This document shows positions 58,797-64,000 of a DNA stretch of 64,000 nt, piece after piece. The first letter of the stretch is position 1. The number at the start of each line of letters is the position of its first letter. Location: positions 1 to 64,000 of the forward strand of contig JARVJZ010000006.1 of NCBI GenBank assembly GCA_029775855.1, read 5' to 3'. A model generated the notes under the pieces. The model did not search any database. It was given only the letters and a program-made list of their open reading frames with translations, and was not told the origin of the DNA. The DNA is from Nitrososphaeria archaeon (lineage in GTDB: Archaea; Thermoproteota; Nitrososphaeria; Nitrososphaerales; JAAOZN01). The position numbers and the translations under genes were made by a program.

Positions 58797-59720
58797 ATGT
58801 TTGAGGTCGCTGATATAAACCTTACAAAACCTATGAGCTGCGACACATTAGTTAGGCAGATGAAAAATTCGGGAGGCTTCACAGGAAGACTTCTAGCAGA
58901 AGCGGTAGATATACTAGAGCAGATGGTCAAAGATAAAAGGTGCATAAAGTTCCTATCTTTCCCAGCAGCACCAATAGCGACTGGGCTTCGAGGCGTAATA
59001 AGAGAACTTATCAAGCGTAGGCTGGTAGATATCATCATAACGACTTGCGGCACGCTTGACCACGACTTGGCAAGATGCTGGGGCACCTACTTTCATGGGA
59101 GCTTCAACTTAGATGACAGAACGCTCTACAAAAAAGGTTACCATAGGTTAGGAAACCTACTCATACCAAAAGAAGCATATGGTCCTCTTCTCGAAAAGCA
59201 TCTACAACCCATCTTCGAAAAGATCTTAGGCGAGAACACCAAGATTACATCCAGCTTGTTAGCATCAAAACTCGGCGAATATATCCGAAATGAATCATCC
59301 ATACTGTATTGGTGTTGGAGAAGCGGTGTAAAGGTCTTCATACCGGGGTTGACTGATGGTGCTGTAGGTAGTCAGCTCTGGCTCTACTGGCAGAAGCATA
59401 GAAACATATCTATAGATCCTTTAGGCGACGAGGAGGAGTTGGCTGAGATAGTCTTTAAAGCTAAGAGAAGCGGAGCACTCATGCTAGGCGGAGGGATATC
59501 TAAGCACCATACTCTTTGGTGGAACCAGTTTAGAGGAGGCTTAGATTATGCGGTTTACATCACAACCGCGGTTGAGTATGATGGTAGTCTCAGTGGAGCT
59601 GAGGTTAGAGAAGCGATTTCTTGGGGTAAAGTCAGTATGAAGGCTAAACAAGTTACTGTGCACGGAGACGCTACAGCACTCCTACCTCTTATCGTCGCAG
59701 CACTCATAGAGCGCATCTAA
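58797..59720 (+). CDS. dys: Deoxyhypusine synthase
   Basis: GGFTG, TCGTLDHD, TDGAVG, GGGISKHH, DGSLSGA..EAISWGK, GDAT. Confidence 0.96.
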   Translation: MFEVADINLTKPMSCDTLVRQMKNSGGFTGRLLAEAVDILEQMVKDKRCIKFLSFPAAPIATGLRGVIRELIKRRLVDIIITTCGTLDHDLARCWGTYFHGSFNLDDRTLYKKGYHRLGNLLIPKEAYGPLLEKHLQPIFEKILGENTKITSSLLASKLGEYIRNESSILYWCWRSGVKVFIPGLTDGAVGSQLWLYWQKHRNISIDPLGDEEELAEIVFKAKRSGALMLGGGISKHHTLWWNQFRGGLDYAVYITTAVEYDGSLSGAEVREAISWGKVSMKAKQVTVHGDATALLPLIVAALIERI

Positions 59721-59977
59721 TTGTTAATTGTATACATTGCGATATATGTGACGGTCTTAGTGATAATCTTTAGGGTTCTCATCATCTTAACTATCTTCTT
59801 TAGATCATTAAGGCTCTTCACATCAAACACTACAACACCATCGTGCTCCCCGCAGACTACAAAGACCTTTTTGACGCCCTCCATTCTTTTAATCTGGTCG
59901 ATAGCCTCTTTCTCGCAACCTTTTACCAAACTGAAGAGTATAACACCTTCCACATTCGGCAACCGAATCATCCCCAA
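59717..59977 (-). CDS. Stand-alone Lrp/AsnC ligand-binding (RAM) domain protein
   Basis: GVKKVFVVCGEHD...TVTYI; no HTH. Confidence 0.8.
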   Translation of the reverse strand: MGMIRLPNVEGVILFSLVKGCEKEAIDQIKRMEGVKKVFVVCGEHDGVVVFDVKSLNDLKKIVKMMRTLKIITKTVTYIAMYTINN

Positions 59978-60232
59978 CTAGCTTTCAACTTTATGCGTTC
60001 CCGGTGGGAAGACTGAGATTAAAGTCTCGGTGTGCACAACGTTAGGATGAGCTTCAACAACCTTATAGATGATCTTAGCGAGCTCTTGAAGGTCTTTAGT
60101 TTCGATGACCAGCACAGCATCAAACCTACCAAAGACTGAGCTAGCAAGCTTCACACCCTTTATCTTCCTAGAGGTTACTATTTCTTGTGAAGTTCCTGGT
60201 TTTGTTGTTAGTAGCACGAAAGCTCTGATCAT
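59978..60232 (-). CDS. Stand-alone RAM domain protein
   Basis: RAFVLL...VFGRFDAV...HTETL. Confidence 0.85.
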   Translation of the reverse strand: MIRAFVLLTTKPGTSQEIVTSRKIKGVKLASSVFGRFDAVLVIETKDLQELAKIIYKVVEAHPNVVHTETLISVFPPGTHKVES

Positions 60233-60248
60233 TTGCCAGAAGCCCCTC

Positions 60249-60491
60249 TTAAAAGACTGTAAGTAGTGTTTCAGTGTGGACTATATTGGGCATCTTTTCT
60301 ATAACTTTGTAGAGGGTTTTGCTTATCGTTTCTAAGTCTTCTGCTTCTATTACAACTACGGCATCAAACCTTCCATACACAGAATCGGCTTGCACCACAC
60401 CCTTAATGTTTCTTGCAGCCTTTATGGCATTAACAACCTCCTCTGAAGTGCCAGGTCTTGTTGTAAGAAGGACATATGCACGCATACACAT
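60249..60491 (-). CDS. Stand-alone RAM domain protein
   Basis: RAYVLL...VYGRFDAV...HTETL. Confidence 0.85.
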   Translation of the reverse strand: MCMRAYVLLTTRPGTSEEVVNAIKAARNIKGVVQADSVYGRFDAVVVIEAEDLETISKTLYKVIEKMPNIVHTETLLTVF

Positions 60492-60494
60492 TAA

Positions 60495-61514
60495 TTGACA
60501 AAAGCTCTACTTAAATTCTTCCTATCAATTTGTTATGTTGGAGTAAAAGCGTTGGAAAAGGCTCATACTGCTGAGCATATTCTTATGGCTAGTATAAAGC
60601 GGATTGACCTTGATGCCGTAGCGGTCAAAGTTGTGCATGATGAGAAAGGCAACACACTATATTTGCGCATAAAGAGGTTAGATTGGGACATAATAACAGA
60701 GGCGGTTAAGGCAGCGAACAGAATAATAGATGAAGGCAGAGCTGTCAAGGAATGGTTCTTTGAAAGCTTAGAAGATGCAAAGAAAGCTATACCTAACCTC
60801 AGATCTTACGACGAGCGGATATCAGGCAGAGTGAGGGTCATAGAGGTGGAAGGCTACGACTACTCAGCCTGCACAAGGAAGCACGTCAGCAACACAAAAG
60901 AATGTGGATATATAATAGTCACAGGTTTTTCGAAGGCTGGAGAAGATGCTTATCAAATAAGATTTGAGGTAGGAGAAAAGGCTAAAGAATATGCAGCAGA
61001 CACTATAGCACTTCACATGAAGGTCAGCGAAGCACTAGGAGCAACACAGAAGACAGTCCTAAGCACAGCGCTCAACCTAAAACAAGAAGCACAAGAGCTA
61101 AAGAGAAGACTCGCTGAATTAACCACACACCTACTTAAACACCTAAACCCTGAAGATTTTTACGGCACCAAACTTTACGCAGCTCTATACAACGGTGTTG
61201 ACCGCAAATCTCTAATGGACTATGCCGGCGAACTAGCATCAAGAGCGAAGACCATTGTACTCTTGGCTGATGCACAGAAGGATGCGCTGGTTGTGCTCTG
61301 TAGAAGCAAAGATCTAGCATTTGACTGTAGCACCATTCTGAAAGAAGTGCTTCAAAAGTTTGGTGGGCGTGGAGGCGGGAAATCTGAATATTCAACTGGA
61401 AGTGTGCCTCCAGAAGCTGCTGAGCAGGTTCTAAGCATCCTTAAAGAAGAGTTAAAAAGGGCTTTTAGTAAAGATTTAAGCGGATTAAACTCTATATATC
61501 ATAGAGATGGTTAG
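60495..61514 (+). CDS. AlaX-type tRNA editing protein with C-terminal DHHA1 domain
   Basis: HTAEH and CTRKH Zn ligands, RVIEVEGYD, C-terminal GGRGGG. The true start is probably TTG 60551. Confidence 0.82.
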   Translation: MTKALLKFFLSICYVGVKALEKAHTAEHILMASIKRIDLDAVAVKVVHDEKGNTLYLRIKRLDWDIITEAVKAANRIIDEGRAVKEWFFESLEDAKKAIPNLRSYDERISGRVRVIEVEGYDYSACTRKHVSNTKECGYIIVTGFSKAGEDAYQIRFEVGEKAKEYAADTIALHMKVSEALGATQKTVLSTALNLKQEAQELKRRLAELTTHLLKHLNPEDFYGTKLYAALYNGVDRKSLMDYAGELASRAKTIVLLADAQKDALVVLCRSKDLAFDCSTILKEVLQKFGGRGGGKSEYSTGSVPPEAAEQVLSILKEELKRAFSKDLSGLNSIYHRDG

Positions 61515-62778
61515 AAAGAAGATGTCTGGCTTCCCAGATCTTACTACAGTAGATAAGGCTTTAGAGAAGATAAGGGAAAACATTAACCTATCTGTTGAGG
61601 TTGAGGAAGTGCCTTTATCCGAATGTTCAGGCAGAATTCTAGCTGAAGACATAATATCTCCAGTGGATGTGCCGCCGTTTGACCGCTCCGCAGTAGAAGG
61701 CTACGCCGTAGTATCTGCTGACACATTTAGCGCATCGACCACCAACCCTATAGAGCTAAGTGTGATAGGTAGAGCAGAAGCTGGGCAAGAACCGTCACAG
61801 CTGCCAGAGGTCACAAGTGGAAAGGCGGTTGAAATATTCACGGGTGCACCCCTACCTTATGGCGCAGACGCAGTTGTTATGCTTGAGCAGACCAAAAGAA
61901 TAGGTGAAAAAGTCTTAATATACAGCCCAGCCGCAAAATGGAGAAACGTCTCCAGACAAGGAGAAGACTTCACAAAGGGCAAACCCATCCTCCTTAAAGG
62001 AACAAGAATAAAGCCTTGGCACATAGGTGCACTAGCATCAGCAAACATAACAAAAGTAAAAGTCTACCGTAAACTCAAGATAGGTATACTATCAACTGGA
62101 AGCGAAATTAAAGAAATTGGCGAGGAACTAAGATCAGGTGAAATTGTAAATAGTAGTAGACCTATGCTAACAGCACTCGTAAAGGAAAGAAACTGCATAC
62201 CCGTAAACCTAGGCACAGTAGAAGATAACCTTGAAAAAATAACAGAAAGACTAAAACTCGCCTTAAAGATATGCGACATTATAATCACAACAGGAGGGAC
62301 AAGCTTAGGTGAAAAAGACCTTGTGCCGGAAGCTGTGCAGAGCCTAGGTTCACCAGGCTTGATAGTGCACGGCATAGCTATGAGACCAGCGAAACCTACT
62401 GGGGCTGGTTTAGTAGATGGTAAACCCATCTTTATATTATCAGGCTACCCTGTTTCAGCACTTATAGGCTTTGAAGTCTTTGTGGATGAAGCGATAAACT
62501 ACATCTACGGCACGAGACCTGAGCCTAGGCCTAGGGTGAAAGGTAAGTTAACTAGGAAACTTGCTACTCCTGTGGGTTATCGCTCATTCGTTAGAGCAAG
62601 GGTCACTAGAGATTCTTCAGGCTATCTTATAGAACCACTTAGGTTGACGGGCTCCGGTCTGCTCTCATCTATGACTAAGGCTAACGCTCTGATAGTTGTA
62701 GAAGAGAATGTGGAGGGGTTTGACGAAGGAGACGAAGTTGAAGCCTATCTTTTCCAACCCATAGATGCACCTCTCTAA
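61507..62778 (+). CDS. moeA: Molybdopterin molybdenumtransferase MoeA
   Basis: PPFDRSAVEGYAV, TGAPLP.GADAVVMLE, STGSE, TGGTSLGEKD, PAKP. Confidence 0.95.
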   Translation: MVRKKMSGFPDLTTVDKALEKIRENINLSVEVEEVPLSECSGRILAEDIISPVDVPPFDRSAVEGYAVVSADTFSASTTNPIELSVIGRAEAGQEPSQLPEVTSGKAVEIFTGAPLPYGADAVVMLEQTKRIGEKVLIYSPAAKWRNVSRQGEDFTKGKPILLKGTRIKPWHIGALASANITKVKVYRKLKIGILSTGSEIKEIGEELRSGEIVNSSRPMLTALVKERNCIPVNLGTVEDNLEKITERLKLALKICDIIITTGGTSLGEKDLVPEAVQSLGSPGLIVHGIAMRPAKPTGAGLVDGKPIFILSGYPVSALIGFEVFVDEAINYIYGTRPEPRPRVKGKLTRKLATPVGYRSFVRARVTRDSSGYLIEPLRLTGSGLLSSMTKANALIVVEENVEGFDEGDEVEAYLFQPIDAPL

Positions 62779-62789
62779 AGGTGTGGAGA

Positions 62790-64000
62790 TTGGCTGTCGT
62801 CTTCCACAAACTGCTAAGCGTAGAAGAAGGTTTAAAGAAGATAGCAGATGCATTGGGCGGGCTAAAACCTCTTGGCGTAGAAGAGATACCCCTCCAAGAA
62901 GCCTGCGGAAGAATACTAGCTGAAGCGATTTACTCGAAAGCCGATTCACCACCCTTCGATAGGGCTGAGATGGATGGATACGCGGTAGACTCAAGGAGCG
63001 TGTCAGAAGCTGAGGAAGACAACCCTGTGAAGCTTAAGCTCGTCGGCAAAGTTGGAGTCGGCGAAAGACCTGGAGTTGAGGTAAAGCTAGGGGAAGCTGT
63101 TGAAGTGGCAACTGGAGCACCTATACCAAAAGGTGCAGACTCAGTAGTTATGGTTGAATACACAAAAAAAGAAGATGAACATATACTGGTATATCGAAGC
63201 ACAGCACCAGGCGATAACATAGGTGAAACAGGCTCAGATCTAACTATAGGAGACATCATACTACACAAAGGCACACTACTTACACCACGAGAGATAGCTG
63301 TGCTCATAGTCTCAGGCTACGACAAGGTCAAAGTCTATAAAAAACCCAAGGTCTCCATCTTCTCAACAGGAGACGAACTCCAACCACCTGGAACAACCCT
63401 ACTATACGGCAAAGTATATGATGTAAATGGCTTAACACTTAAAGCACTCGCAGAAGAAAGCGGCGCCTCAGCAAGATACCTAGGCATACTCAAAGATAGA
63501 TTCGATGAAATCAAAGAAGCATTAACATCAGCCTTAAAGGACTCAGACATCATAATAACCTCAGGAAGCACTTCAGCAGGTTTAGGCGACATCATCTACA
63601 GAGTAATAGATGAACTCGGAGAGCCAGGACTTTTAGTTCACGGATTAAAGATCAAACCAGGAAAGCCTACAGTAGCTGGTGTGTTAAACGGTAAGATCTT
63701 TATCGGTCTACCAGGTTTCCCACTGTCATCTATGATAGCCTTCTATGTGTTCGCTAAACCGATCATACAGAGATTGGCTGGATTTAGTGGAGATTTTGAA
63801 GCTCTTCAAGAAGCGGCGCTACCCTATCGTGTTTCTGCTGGTAGGGGTAGGAGAGAGTATGTGCCTGTGCATCTTGTATCTACACATAGAGGGTTTGTTG
63901 CTTACCCTGTTTTAGGCAGCCCTGGTGCTGCTTCGGTTCTAAGTTTTGCTGATGGCTTTGTTGAGGTTGGTGAGGAGAGAGAGTTTATTGATGAGGGTGA
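62790..64000 (+). CDS. moeA: Second MoeA paralogue (MoeA2), truncated by window end
   Basis: TTG 62790 opens MAVVFHKLLSVEE...PPFDRAEMDGYAV...TGAPIPKGADSVVMVE...STGDEL...SGSTSAG..D...KPGKP...GLPGFP. Absent from the ORF track because no stop falls inside the window. Confidence 0.92.
   Translation, partial: MAVVFHKLLSVEEGLKKIADALGGLKPLGVEEIPLQEACGRILAEAIYSKADSPPFDRAEMDGYAVDSRSVSEAEEDNPVKLKLVGKVGVGERPGVEVKLGEAVEVATGAPIPKGADSVVMVEYTKKEDEHILVYRSTAPGDNIGETGSDLTIGDIILHKGTLLTPREIAVLIVSGYDKVKVYKKPKVSIFSTGDELQPPGTTLLYGKVYDVNGLTLKALAEESGASARYLGILKDRFDEIKEALTSALKDSDIIITSGSTSAGLGDIIYRVIDELGEPGLLVHGLKIKPGKPTVAGVLNGKIFIGLPGFPLSSMIAFYVFAKPIIQRLAGFSGDFEALQEAALPYRVSAGRGRREYVPVHLVSTHRGFVAYPVLGSPGAASVLSFADGFVEVGEEREFIDEG

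Noticed and set aside
1-64000. CRISPR arrays, IS elements, integrases, inteins, rRNA
   Set aside because: No regularly spaced repeats or transposase/integrase motifs were seen, and AtpA and NrdJ are normal length without intein motifs.

Overview
A gene-dense archaeal chromosome segment. It looks like a TACK lineage, most like a thermophilic Nitrososphaerota/Thaumarchaeota relative, inferred from TBP, Alba, Rpo3/Rpo10, archaeal r-proteins, aCPSF1/FttA-PsmB, a split A-type ATP synthase and SepF. Content is mostly housekeeping: two r-protein/RNAP clusters, pyrE/pyrB/pyrI, AspRS, TldD/E, deoxyhypusine synthase, two MoeA paralogues and tRNA-Leu(CAG). I saw no CRISPR array, transposase or integrase. 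The most interesting locus is about 23.5-29.7 kb. A wHTH + ATP-cone + catalytically dead class III RNR (NrdD) fusion lies directly upstream of a B12-dependent class II RNR (nrdJ). The nrdJ leader (~100 nt) can fold into a four-way junction that hides the initiation region. Divergent from the fusion are a putative cobalamin ECF S-component, a DUF4430 protein and a second HTH regulator. Together these are a candidate dNTP/B12-sensing regulatory module. Other oddities: an in-frame TGA in fttA, a CTG start for rps19, an uncalled 47-aa ORF in the ATPase operon, a nuclease-Mrr_N fusion, several degenerate enzyme homologues, a CDF pseudogene beside the tRNA, and sub-kb oscillating A/C versus G/T skew. 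All calls come from motif recognition by eye; no searches were run.
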